A DNA stretch of 64,000 nucleotides from Basidiobolus meristosporus CBS 931.73 (taxonomy: Eukaryota > Fungi > Basidiobolomycota), in assembly GCA_002104905.1 (NCBI GenBank), contig MCFE01000012.1, positions 62,001-126,000 of the forward strand. Direction: 5' to 3'. The position numbers and the translations under genes are program-made. This document shows positions 1-12,781 of the stretch, piece after piece (positions within the stretch are counted from its first letter, which is position 1; the number at the start of each line of letters is the position of its first letter). Below the pieces are notes generated by a model. That model was not told where the DNA came from. It ran no database searches and saw only the letters and a program-made list of their open reading frames with translations.

Positions 1-204
1 GTACAACTGAAGAGCCTCTAAAAGCACGTGACTGCAGAAGGTAATTTGTTTATAGCGTAGAGTTTTCCCGCAATCTCCCACAATGTGAACATCTTGAACA
101 TCTACCTGGCACATGCTGAGTACTGTAGAAATACAATGAACAAAGATCTCATCACTCGGTACAAATTACGACAAAGCAAGTTGAAGCGCCGATTCAAACT
201 ATGA
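1..204 (+). CDS. Possible 3' end of an unidentified spliced gene entering from the left edge
   Basis: Only frame 3 is open at 1-40 (TTEEPLKARDCR). It is followed by a GTAATT donor and a TACTGTAG acceptor at ~128, giving RNTMNKDLITRYKLRQSKLKRRFKL*. No family recognised. Confidence 0.3.
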
Positions 205-1557
205 TGCTGCCCAGAAGACAACCTATGAACGATTAGTTGACTGATCATCTAGATTTGGCATTAACCTTAGCACACCGCCGTCGTTTCCAGATTACAAACA
301 ACATCTTAATTTGGAATTCTTGGAGATGATTTGTCAAACGGCCCGCATCAGATGGCTTAAAATGACAAATCATGGCTAAATCATTTCTCGCAGACCAACA
401 AACGCGGGCCAATATAGAATGGCATTTCCAGCGATCAAGAGCTATGATTGACACCCTCGGTACAGCAAACCCAGAATTTTTATTCACAAACAGCAGTAAG
501 AGACAAGAATAAATTCACCCATTGCAAAGCCATTTATTAAACATTCCGAAACGGCTGATTGACACAATGGTGACATGACGCCAACAACTCAGTTTCAAAA
601 ACCATCTACACCCTATTACGTTTTGGCTGAAGACAAACACATACAGCTCAGAAACGTAGCACAATATCAGCAAATATATGACGTTTCCTACTGATCTATA
701 GTGGTATGAAGTGGTTCTCTGGTGCATGGAATTTAATTAATCGCACAGGTTTGGGCCAGAATGCTAATTTTAAGTCCTTATTCGTTACAGAGGGTCTTTC
801 GGTACCTTTTAGCCGAGACTAACCAGTCAAATAGTGTTGACCGTCTGCAATTAGTCTTAAACTCACAGCCAAAACTATTCTCCAGTCACCGGTCTCAATC
901 CATCCAGGATATTTGTCTAGTCCATTCAAGTATGACTGTTCGAACACGTGCTATGCACCAGGTTATTCTCGAAGGTCTCCATCTGCTTCAATGAACGAAG
1001 ACCACCCTCTCTCATTGACGTTTCCCGGGATATACGTACTACCTGCGTATATCATTAGAAGGTATGTTGTCATACTCACAGCTCTTTACCGTATGTTTGA
1101 TAGTTTCGTTTACGAGGCATAAGTTTATGAAATTGTTACTGTTACTCTACGCAAGGATAACAGTCCAGAGCGGGTATCAATTAATTTAGGTAATACCTTG
1201 GCAATTTCGCTTCTGAATCATTATTTGCTCAATATATATAATCGGAGCTATCAATGATGCTGAAGTTCTTAATTCCTCAGTTCCATATCTTACCAAATAG
1301 TATAATTAAAATGATACATGGATAGTATTTTTCTTACGTATCCTAATCCGCACAAGCTTATAACCTCAATATCTTGTTACTCGGCGCAGCAGGAAGTTAA
1401 CATAGCCAGTTGATTTTCTACACTTCCAAATTCACGTTGCTTCCACTTCACTTAATCTCTTTTAAATACATTCCCTTTCGATTGCTTATTTCCAACTGTG
1501 GATTAATACAGCTTGAACAGCAGTCGGAGAAACCTGCTCCCCCAAAGTTACATACAG

Positions 1558-3635
1558 ATGCATTTGGGAAGGATTCTTAACCGACACGTATTTAGTCGGT
1601 TTATAAGCGGGCAATATGCCCGTTTGATACGTGAAGCCTGCAAAAGCATGAATCCAGATAGTGAAAAAGAGGCACTTTCGGATGCTTCTGACATTCTTAT
1701 CTCCATGTCGCAAGAAGAGTCGGAGTTTATTAAGATCGTATTAACTATGGTAGAAATACTTGATCATTCGGATCCACTGTCGTCGGCATTTCTGTGTCAT
1801 ATCCTTGAGCTCGCTGCGCTGCCTTCCATAAAGACCGTGTTAAAAGTCAATGCGTGCCTTCTACGCAAGATCCATTCAAAAATGCCGTTTCATCATAAAC
1901 TGAAGCAACGTTATCGGCTAAACGCAAGCATTGTTTGGTGTGTCTTAGCAGAAAGGCTTGCCGGTCAGTAGAAAGTTAACCACAACCGGTCGCTTCTAGT
2001 ACTGAAAGACCACTTTTCTTTTAGGTGAGGCAAGCGTCTATATGTTTACCGAGAAAGTACACAGAACTCTTTTGGAAGGACTCCAAAAGAATCAGGCACA
2101 ACGGATACAGCTTTTAAGCTTAATCACGCTGGAGAAATTCGCTTTAACAGGTAAACGATAGTTCGGTCAATATCCATTATCGCTTGCTAATTAAAGTATT
2201 CTCTCCAAGGCGAAAACAAAAGGAAGATTTTGAATTCAGACGCCTTGAACTTGATACAATCTTTGGTACCCCCCTCAAGCGCTAGTGACTCGTATCAAAT
2301 GTCCGAGTTAAAATTATGTACTCCTTGGGCTCTTAAATGTTCATTTTGTAAGTAACTTCTGGTCCCTCTCAATGTTAATTTATGTTCAGATATTCATCAT
2401 TCTGGGATGTATAAGCGTCACCATCAAACCCCACTTCGTTGAAGGAGGATATTGAGATTAGCGTACTAGATAGCATCAACGTGACGCTCAATTGGTGCGA
2501 CGCGACTTCCCGACTTAAGTGGTCGCCTACTGGTTTAGAGGTTTGAATACAGTTAATTGGTTCTGCGGGAGTCACTGGTACCAAATTCGAGATTTTCTAT
2601 AGGTACGCAACGATAGCACCTCATTCGAGTCAGTTCGAGGAACCATGTGTGTGTCGAAAGGTATTACCTTCATGAGTTGTTGATTTTTCCTGTATTAATT
2701 TTCGTGTATTATCAGGATGTTGGTATTACGAGGTTCATATAATTACTGCAGGCATTATGCAGATAGGATGGGCTACGAAGCATAGTCTATTTCGTCCCGA
2801 AGAAGGAATTGGTATTTGCCTTGTAAATCTCTTTGTGCGAAATAGCTACCCAACACTTTTCTACATCAGGTGTGGGTGATGATGAACATTCGTTCGCTTT
2901 TGACGGGTGCCGTAAATTAGCATGGGTAAGTATGCTACACAAACGCTATAAAAATAGACATTTAACATGTCATCTCTGTTCCAGTCCTCAGGGCATCCAA
3001 TTTCTTACGGAAGAGGAGACTCTTGGAATGAAGGTTTGGTCCAATGCTTGTTTTTGCATGTAAAGGTTGCTTATACCGTATTTAGGTGACGTATTAGGCG
3101 TATATTTGGATATGGAGTACGGAGTTATACGCTTTTACTTGAACGGCCATGATTTGGGCATTGCATTTGAGTTTACGGGACATCAACTGGCACATTTCAT
3201 ACATAATGAGGGTGGCTTTTACCCAGCCCTCTCTCTAACATCTTTTCAGCATGTTATCTTGAACTTCGGTCAGCAATCGTTCAAGTAAGCTATTTGTTAA
3301 TTATTTTGGTTGAGCTCCCTATTGATTGGTTATCTAGATACCCGCCTGTTCAAATGTATCATAATTTCGACCAAGAGGGGAAATTACCAGAGAATCTTCG
3401 GTTGCAAAGCGTCTATTCCCAACCTGCTATGTTGAATCTGACCGATTCGAGTCCCTCAGAAACTTCGTGTTCAATTTGTTGTGATGGCGAGGCGACTGTT
3501 CAGTTGGATCCTTGCGGCCATTCAGGGTTTTGTTCTCAGTGCGCTACGCTGTTTCAAAACTGTCCTCTCTGTCGTGGCCCAGTTTATTTACGTGTCTCTT
3601 CAACTTCACCATCCCAACACAAAATCAAAGGTTGA
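1558..3635 (+). CDS. RSPRY1: RING finger and SPRY domain protein (RSPRY1-like E3 ligase), multi-exon; true start may lie slightly upstream
   Basis: Spliced exons give DPLSSAFLCHILELAALP, NASIVWCVLAERLAG, LITLEKFALT and VRNDSTSFESVRGT. SPRY motifs follow (WYYEVHIITAGIMQIGWAT, GVGDDEHSFAFDG, GDVLGVYLD, FYPALSL), then a C-terminal RING (CSICCD...PCGHSGFCSQCATLFQNCPLCR). The same motif order is found in animal RSPRY1. Confidence 0.85.
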
Positions 3636-4098
3636 CTAGCGTTGTAGAGGAAAGAATCGTATTTCTTCGTTCGACCCTAACCTGTAGCATCACTGTACAT
3701 ACCCAGATGTATATAACTATTCATCAGTATCATAACCGGACTATTCTGAAATGTAAAATGGGTTCAACTCTTCATTCCTGATGCCGCTACTCAAAAGATA
3801 TTTTAGCCAAATTGAGAGCCGTCGAAAGAGTTTCTTCAGAATAAATCTTTTAGCAATTGATCATTGAGATTGTGCAATACAATTCAACAATGTTTATACG
3901 TACTTCCAATTGCTTTACAAACCCGAATGGCTTGATTTTCAGTAATTTATGCATGTTGAATTTGATATTGGGTTGATTTTCTTATAACAAATGAAACTTG
4001 ATGTCCTATCCAGAAAATCAATGACTAATCGTCATAACATTGGGTGTTAAACGCCACACTGCTAGTTCACTTTCTTTTACGTCGTTTAACCGTTGAAT

Positions 4099-7000
4099 AT
4101 GCCAAACGTAGAAACAGTAACAAAGGTGATCTTTGCTTTATCCTCCGGAACGAAGGGAGAGGAGGACTTTGAAGTGGAAGAGAAATTTGCGGAATTGTTG
4201 GACGGAGGGCTTGAGAGGAATTTGATTTCCGATTGTTTGATTACAACTCAGAAGGAAATCTTGTCTGTCAAGGTATGAGTTTACTAATCTATACAGAAAA
4301 AAGGGAGCTACCATCTTGGACTAAGCTAACTGGATGTTTTCTCAAGGGAGAGTTGGATCAGCTCATTGCCGAGAGAAACGTTGAATTCGAAAATGTACGA
4401 AAATCCTCTTTGGAAATGAAAGCCAAAGTGGAAAGTTTCTTGAAAATGGTTGATGATGTTCAAGAGAAAGCAAACAAACAAGAGGTAAAGCACTCGTTAC
4501 CTGTTTGTCCGGTTTGGAAAATCAATTTTATACTTATGGTTGGATGTTTTGCCAGCTCGGAATTGAGGATAATCTGGCGACAATTCTACAAGAAGAAATG
4601 AAATTGTCTGAAGAAGCTGAGATGAACAAACAGCTTATTGCTGCCTTACAACAATTACTTCCCGTAAGCAGATCAGTCTCACATAATGGATGCGCGAAGC
4701 AGACAATGACGTAAACGGATATAGGTGGAAGAAAATTTGGCAAACTTCGAGAAGGCAGTTCAGTCAAAGGATTACTCTTTGGCCTCAGACCTGCTAAAGA
4801 AACAGGTTTGTGGCTTAAACACAAATATATCAACAGTTTTGGATTAAGCCTTAATACTGTTTTATCTCCATGCAGGAAAAGCTGCTTGCCTCCGACCAAC
4901 TACGAAAGGATACTAATATATACAAACTTTTATTGGTAGAGCAATCCCTATGTTTACGAATCTATCAAATGGAGCGGTTGTTCATATCTTTTATATAGGA
5001 GAGACATGCAGAAATGCAACGTAGTATGGTTGTACAATTGGAGGATCTATTCAGTGAGGCTATATCGTTCAAGCGCACAGAGGAGGGATATGAGTTGCAG
5101 ACACAAGAAACTTTAATAGGTACATTGTATAGCTCACATGGTTGATTGGCAGATTCGGCCTAACGTGTGATATACCAAGTTACAACTCAAGATGACCAAA
5201 AGCAGAATTTATCCCTCTACGAGGTGGTCGACATCATGAAGACGCTCGGAATACTAGACAAAAGCGTGAATATATTCAAGCGTTCCTTCACGAAACACAT
5301 ATTGCGGCCATTTTCAAAGAATCCTGAATCTTGGATTGATATAGAAGATCTGCTTGATAGTAGAAAGCTGATCTTTCGGGAAAATAATCATGGCACTAAA
5401 CAAGGTTCGTTAAAACTTGCAAACTTGTTCGCGAATGGCTGCTAAATATTTCGCCAGAATATTTTGAAAATTTCACCAAAATCTTTGATTTTGTGGCACA
5501 ACATGTGTGTGGAGTCAAGCAAGAAGAGGATACAAAGGATAACATGGCTAATCAAAATAATGCAACCTATATGATAAAGAGCATCGGGAAACTTCTCCCC
5601 GAAATATGTCATGAGGTTATTGCCGGTTACCTTTCTCCAGCTCTTCCTAGTCGTCTTAGCGAGCTTGATGCCTTTACAGAGTTAGGAGTAAAAGCCAAAA
5701 AGTTTGAGGAGAAATTACAACACCTAGGTATTTACATCTGTCGCTACTGAACCAAGCCGATTCTATTTTAATTTTTCTATCATAGGATTCGTTGAAAATG
5801 ACTTCCGTGTGCTAAGTAAATATATTGATGATATCGATATCCACTTCTCGGAGAGATTACGCGAAAACTTGCTTGATGCAGCACGTACTTTGATGATTGC
5901 CGAAGACTTTTCGACAATAGAGATTGATGATGCCCCAGATTCATGTATGAACTTGCTCGCCAAAGTAGCATGGTGTCATTTAAGCTAACGTGGTTTATAT
6001 CGGTGTAGTTGTCCTAGAGAGTAGTGAGTTGCCGAAAGCTATTCAGGACGCGCTTTCAAAGAACTCGTTTATCACGCAAGTTCAGGAGCTACACTTGGAT
6101 GATATGTTTTTATTCCCGGCCTGTTCGATTACGAAGCCTACGCAATCAATTGTTAATTTAGCGTACCAGAGTCTAGAAGAGGCCAAAGAATTGAACGAAT
6201 TCTGGTAATGTTTGAAAAACTAGATGCAAAGATATTCAGCACTAACAAAAGTACATTATTAGTGCCTCTTCTTTGTGTGAATCCGTTCGGGACATGTTTG
6301 ACCTGTATAAAGCTATAATGCCAGTACATTACCAACAAATATATGAAAGCGTACCTGCTTTGGGGATGCTATTTCATAATGATTGTATGTACATAATGCA
6401 TCACCTTCAAACCCTTGGATACCAATTTTCAAAGTTGTCTACAAGCAAATCAAGTCAAGCACACGTCACCTTTGTGGACATGGTACCGGAATTCAGAAGC
6501 CTTGGTGAGAAGTATTTCAACATTCAATTGGTACGAGTCTATATTATGCTTCTTTCTTTATCATGTATTAACAAGATTTCACATTATACGCAGAGAACCC
6601 AAAGTAACTCTCTTATCGAAACAATCAATTCGTTGAATGGCTTTCACGATGCCACTCTGGAAAACAAGTATGACCTGATAGAGAGCACTATGAACCAAAT
6701 TGTCTACAGTCTTAACCAATTATCAAAGATCTGGAAAGTATGTCAGGGTTTTTGCATGCGTAATCTACGTAGCTTCATTGTACTTACGTTTGTTTTCAAG
6801 CCAATTCTCCCATCACATCTGGCTCTGAAATCGATAGGAATGCTTCTAGATACTGTAGCTGTTCGATGCATTCAAGAAATCCAAAAACTTGGGGATATAT
6901 CAGAAGAAGAATCGCATCACTTGTATAAACTAAGCACTATATTGACTTCTTGCGACCAGTTAATGAATTACGACGGAGCTAATATTCAGGTAAAGCCAAA

Positions 7001-7275
7001 CCTGCATATTTTCTATAATGCTATGAACTAAAGTTTAACCGGCTGGATACTAGGACGTATTAGCAGCTTACGTTCCCCACTGGTCCAAGTATCATAAACA
7101 GATAGAGCTATTGGAGCTCAGCTTTGCCGAGATTATGGAAAGATTCAGAACTGGTCAACTGGACGAATTCAAGCCAAGTGAATTGGAAAACATAATTCGT
7201 GCCATCTTTGCCGATACCGCCTTGAGAACTAAAAACCTGGAAGAGATCAGCCGCACTTATCGTTACCAAACATAA
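4099..7275 (+). CDS. ZW10: Centromere/kinetochore and ER-tethering protein ZW10, multi-exon
   Basis: C-terminal ZW10 motifs GMLFHNDCMYIMHHL and ELENIIRAIFADTALRTKNLEEI. Helical exons are joined by canonical GT-AG introns. Confidence 0.85.
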
Positions 7276-8250
7276 ATAAATGTCAATCTTTTGCTGCACC
7301 ATTGCCGTCTGCACCATATTTGCCAATCAATTTGCGAGTTGAAGTGTGTGGATACAATGATGCCAACATTATGGGCAGGAAAAGCTCAACCTAGTAACAG
7401 TAGTATTTTATGATTTCGGAACGTCAAGGCTACAGAGATTATCCAAACCCCAGGCATCATACCCAACAACCCCTCATCGTACATGTTCACCATAGTTGAA
7501 TGCGTTGTAATGTACAAAATGCCGACTGAGATGGTCTCAGATGAGAATCTATTATATTGTGGTACAGTGGTGAGTCCTTGTATCATCTGGATGACTGCCG
7601 TTTTGAAATTCTCTAGTCGATCTAGTGGCAGTCATCAACAAAAAACCTCCGAATACTTGAAAACTTAAGAATAAATATACAATTAAATAATGGTAAATCA
7701 CGACGCAGCGAGTTTTTCACGTTTCCTACATTGGCCTACGATCGTTAGTTATCGGCAAGTGTGGATGCAACAGGTTACAATTGCATATTCCGTAATGTTA
7801 TTCTCAAGTAATACTCACACTCCCACCAAAGGAAGATTACACAGGATTCTTAAGAAAGTTAGACTCTGTCACTTACTTTATATCAATCAAAGTACAAATT
7901 CTTTGTATTCGCATCCCCACTTATATATGGCGGCGGCAAGTTTCAAGTCAGGTTTGACTAACTGATATGAATATTGAGTCAGAAGGTGTTATCAAAGAAA
8001 ATATCATTCGAGAGCCAATAACTTCTACCTAATAATTATGCACCTTGATTTAAGGAATGAATTTTTATGTTGGAGTGAGAAGAGAATCAGACAGGTCTTT
8101 CACGTTAACATAATAGCCGAATGAAACTTCACCTACATGGACGCAATGACTTTGTACTACATGGCCCTTCATTGTTTCCACGTCCTACTGATACTTAAAA
8201 GAAATGCTATTTTCTTTTGAGCCCGAAACCTCTCGGTCCTGGTTTCCACC

Positions 8251-9505
8251 ATGTTGAATATATTTACGGGATTTTCTCTGCTTGGAAGCGGGATTAGTTG
8301 CCTCAGCTGTTTAATTATACTATTGTTCGCCTCCCCCACCCGAAGCCTAAGGCATATGCTAGTTGTTAGTCTGTTGATTACAGGTAACCTACCAAGAACA
8401 GTGTCTTGAAGGACACTAAAAGACCTTTTCCATTAATCTCGATTATCATAGATTTTATCGCCTACGGGAATGAGTTCATATCTTCAATACTAGCCATACG
8501 CTACACTGCTCTTCCAAGCACATATTGCAAGGTTAACGGGTTTATAGAGACATTAACATCAGAGGTATCAGTTTACCCTTGTTAGAATATCACATTAACA
8601 CAGCTAATTGGAGTAGATTTCCGATTTTACAATATTAGGAATTGCTCTAGTGACCTTCCATTGTCTGCAAAATCCATTGCCTTGGCTTCAACACGCGTCT
8701 GTACTACAGCAAAATAGCATCTGGGTGTTCGGCGCGATATGGATATATCCAGTCTTGCTTGCCGCCACACTAGCCGCACTAGACATGTATTCACAAGGTT
8801 TTGTTTGTTGTATACCTTCAACCTCTAAACACCAACTTACCAACCGCTACAGGCAGTGATGCGTGGTGCTGGATCTCTCCCGAGCCGGAATGGGTGCGGC
8901 TAGTTTTTGGAAGTGGAATGCAAATCCTCATATTTCTAGTGATTAGTACATCATACTCTTATTTATTTCTACACCTTCACCGCACACAAAAACTTATGCA
9001 CTCCGTGGAAGATAGCTTCGCCTGCATCACGAAAGATGTTTGCCAGAGGGGCGGCAGTATCGACAATCCGTCAATCGCTATAAAAGAATTAACCAGAACT
9101 TCGACACAGCATATTTCGCAAATTCAAGTTCCCTCGGAAGCTGAAATTCAGCCGAATGATCCCTACCCATTGATGCCTAAAGAAAGCCTGTCTTCTAGAC
9201 CTTCCTCAGCCATCCTCGTCACGAGTACTGACCCTTACCCCAACCCAACGATCTCCACCAAGAGATTCCTAAGAACAATGCGACTCATGTCCTTATATCC
9301 AATCATCTATATTGTTCTATGGTGTCCGCTTATAGCCTACCGAGTCCTTCAAATGCTGGGTCACAATTCACCGAGACTTGAATATCTTTTACTTGTTAAA
9401 GTATTTATAGGGGTTGCTAACGCCATATTGTACGGTTGTACTGAAGATGTGCGCCTTCAATTTAAGAGGAGATGGAGCTATCTTCAGAAAGCGTTTGGTA
9501 ATTGA
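8251..9505 (+). CDS. Seven-transmembrane GPCR, Git3/cAMP-receptor-like family
   Basis: Reconstructed TM1-2 MLNIFTGFSLLGSGISCLSCLIILLFASPTRSLRHMLVVSLLITD, ECL1 Cys (YCKVNGF), ECL2 AWCWI, a long Ser/Pro-rich ICL3, TM6 MSLYPIIYIVLWCP and TM7 IGVANAILYG. Three introns. Confidence 0.75.
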
Positions 9506-9880
9506 GGGCCCTTGAAAGAGATTAATTTTTCCCATGTCCTGATTATGTAGAAATAGCTGTAACTCTATACATTTCCTGTACACATATAATACACCTTTAA
9601 TATAAGACCAACATGTACTATCGAAATATTAGATTAGGATAATCCGGGTAAATTATGTATCAAGAACTCCATTTAGCAGAAGATGGTCACTTTCAGATTA
9701 GATGCAATACTGAGCGAGACACAAATATACCACCAACTACGCTCAGATTCACTTGACCTCGTGAGCAAATATCTTGGTAGCAGAAATACCTGAGTGTGGT
9801 AGATGAGTGTACGATAATATCTCAATAGAATGTGTTTATTTTCAGACGCTTTCTAAATATTGATTGAATCTATATCAACA

Positions 9881-10454
9881 TTAGTTGGAGGCCTTAACCT
9901 CGTTGTTTGTACAAGTTTCACAGTTCTCTGGCATCGAAGAAGCAGGGACTGCACACGCAGTAGTGTTTTCCTCAGACTTCTTGCTTTCTTGTTTAGCCTT
10001 GGAATCACTGTGGCCTAAAGCCATCTCGGGTGCGACTTTGTCTCTAACTAGTTGCTTCTATAAGATCAACATATCTGAGTTACAATAGACCTTTAAGATC
10101 ATTGTGAGAGGGGAAAATTTACCAATTCTTTAAGTTCAGGGAATCCTCCGTTGACTTTACGATCCCAAATGAGCTCTTTATGAAGTTTCTATATTAGCTG
10201 CTTTCTAGCATTAAAATTGAGTGCTTTCTAATTACCTCCGTCAACTCGCACTTTGAATACACCACCCGTGCCAGGTACCAAGGCCACCTCGCCAATAGCT
10301 TGCTGAAATGTGACCAATAATTCCTGTGCCGTCCATCCTATAAATAACATATTAGAGGCAACACTAGCTTCTGGTATATTTACTTCAACATACCGGCTCT
10401 CATGACCCAGCGACACTGTGTACAGTATTCAATTTCCACTCTTGGGGATCCCAT
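9881..10454 (-). CDS. Rdx-family (SelT/SelW/SelH-like) thioredoxin-fold protein, Cys version, 4 exons
   Basis: Spliced product MGSPRVEIEYCTQCRWVMRAGWTAQELLVTFQQAIGEVALVPGTGGVFKVRVDGELIWDRKVNGGFPELKELKQLVRDKVAPEMALGHSD...ENCETCTNNEVKASN*. Confidence 0.9.
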
Positions 10455-12679
10455 GGTTTTCCGGTTGGTTGTCTTATTTTCTGGACTTTATCAATTCAAA
10501 TGGCAGGATTCTCGAGTTATATACGACACCCAGCCCAAAATTTTCATGACGTGATCATCGCAAACAATCCTCGAATCACCTTTATAGATGAGCAAGTGAT
10601 TTTGGGTAATCTGCACATTACGGGATCTAAACTTCGTACTATAGGATAGGATAGACTTGCGGATAATTCTATCATTTCTAAAGAACCCGTTTTGTTACGT
10701 TTTCTATTGTTGATTCGTAAAAAGGTAAGGAACTACCCGTATTTTTGCCAGCAATCATAAATTGGGGATATAAAATCCTCAAATATTCACAACATAGCTG
10801 TGGTTTCGATATATATGGAACAAGGAAAACCCATTTCATGTAGCTTGTACAGTTCGAAGGTGTTGGTATAAAGCAGCACTTGTTGTAGAGTATATGCCCA
10901 TCAAGAGGCATTTATATAATATCTGGATTTTCATCGTTGCCGAAGTGTAGTAAATATAGTAAAGCTCACTTAAGACATCGCATTGTGAAAACTAGCCACT
11001 TAAACAAATCAAAGTATCCTAACCACGATTTCATGGACATTGGGTGCTACAAAGAAGTAGTGTTTTACCTAATCTTTATGCAATGTTATTTCACCACCAA
11101 ACTTCTAGAAAGTAATATTGTATAATTTGTGTCATTCATGGGTTTCCAAACCCTCTACATATGCTTAAATGTTCCTTCATAGTGTATTCTTCTGTTTTGT
11201 TGTGCGAAATTCTACCAGAAATATAAATGTCTCAATAGAATGTGAATCGCTTTGCCAAATAAATACCACATGATACAGTAAATACCTTCTAGTATCTTGA
11301 CATGCTCACTGTGAAGCATTTGACTTAAGAAGTAAGCAGGGAAGTGCACCTTTTGTTATTTATAGTATGCTACATCTATTGTACTTAGTTTCATCTAACT
11401 ATAGCTCTATGGGTAACAATGATCAATTTAATATTCATCACTGAGGGGGTTAGTTACATGGTACATCATTAGAAATCGGAATCACTTAGTAGTTGTGACC
11501 TAGTGTCTGCGGCAAATGGTGATACAACATTGAGTGACGAAAATAGACTATGATGCCTTCATCCCTAATTAGGCTTACTCGCATCATTGTTGGTTTTTTG
11601 ACTGAAGTTTCTGAGGTGATAGAATTCCCCTCAGTGTGGTGGATTTCAAATTCCAGAAAATTGATCATGGGCAATTGGAGCCATTCAAGCAACCCGTTAA
11701 GATGATAACCAAGTTCAAGCTAGGGTAGCTTCCCCATCATCTACCTTCGGTTAGTCACATTACTGGAAGTATTGGTATCCAAATATCTGACTCATAGTTT
11801 TCCTGCACCAATGCTCAAAGCACCTTCATTATGGTGAAAGGTCTTGGGATTAAGTCAAGGATCAACTCCACTAACGAATATACGGACGATGAGCTGATCC
11901 AAATGAGGTGTTATTAATGCTATACGGATCGAAACGGAGCTAGAACCCGAAATCTACCAAATGCATCCCGGTGTTTAAACTATTTTTACCATGGTAGCGC
12001 AAATTATCTGCATTAGAGCCATTTTTGGTTTTTCAGAGCACCGTAGTAATAAATAGTACTTTCATTAGACTACCCGCGTTAGTCATCCTGAGGTAGCTTG
12101 GGTCAGGGCTAGCGGAATAGATTCTGTCAAAGCTGCCTGTAATACTTCACCAACCAGATATGGGGTTCAACAATCGGATGATTTGCAGATTCGTTGAATG
12201 TTTCATTGACACTGGACAGAGAGTATTCCTTCACTACTAATGACGTTACACACAGCTCCGTGGCAGAGTGCGATAGTATTCACATCCCCACGATTACTGA
12301 AAATAGTGGTGGTTACTTGACATTTCCTTAGCCTCCAAAGCACCTTCTCTATTTACCGGTTGTTCTTTCAATACGATGGCAGTAAATTTCTCATGAATGC
12401 ATTTTGTCAGGTATCACTTCTGAAAATCTCGCCCTCCATCCATTATTGCCGATGCTTTAGCTGCCCAGCTCCTTACAAATAATACCATGTAATAAATGTT
12501 CCAGAATTGGCCCGGATGACATATTTGGAAGTGATGTGTTGCGGATGACCCCAATTATACGGGATGGCAGCCGACTCTAATAGAATCGATTTATGCAATT
12601 GGACCAATCTTCATATGAGACTGGTATTTCTTTGGGTGGTGCCAAAATCGATTGAATGCATTTGAATCTTTCTGTCTCC

Positions 12680-12687
12680 TATATAAA
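12680..12687 (+). promoter_or_regulatory. Putative TATA box for the Prm10-like gene
   Basis: TATATAAA about 95 bp upstream of ATG 12782, flanked by pyrimidine-rich sequence. Confidence 0.4.
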
Positions 12688-12781
12688 CTGAATGCTGTCT
12701 GATCTACCCTCCATCTTCCATATAGTTAATATTCTCCCACACTATTTACAGTTAATAGTTTGATCCTCTCTGTATTTTAAT

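Noticed and set aside
10405-10424. Selenocysteine recoding in the Rdx gene
   Set aside because: Both active-site codons are TGT, there is no in-frame TGA in any reconstructed exon, and I saw no SECIS-like AUGA/GA element.
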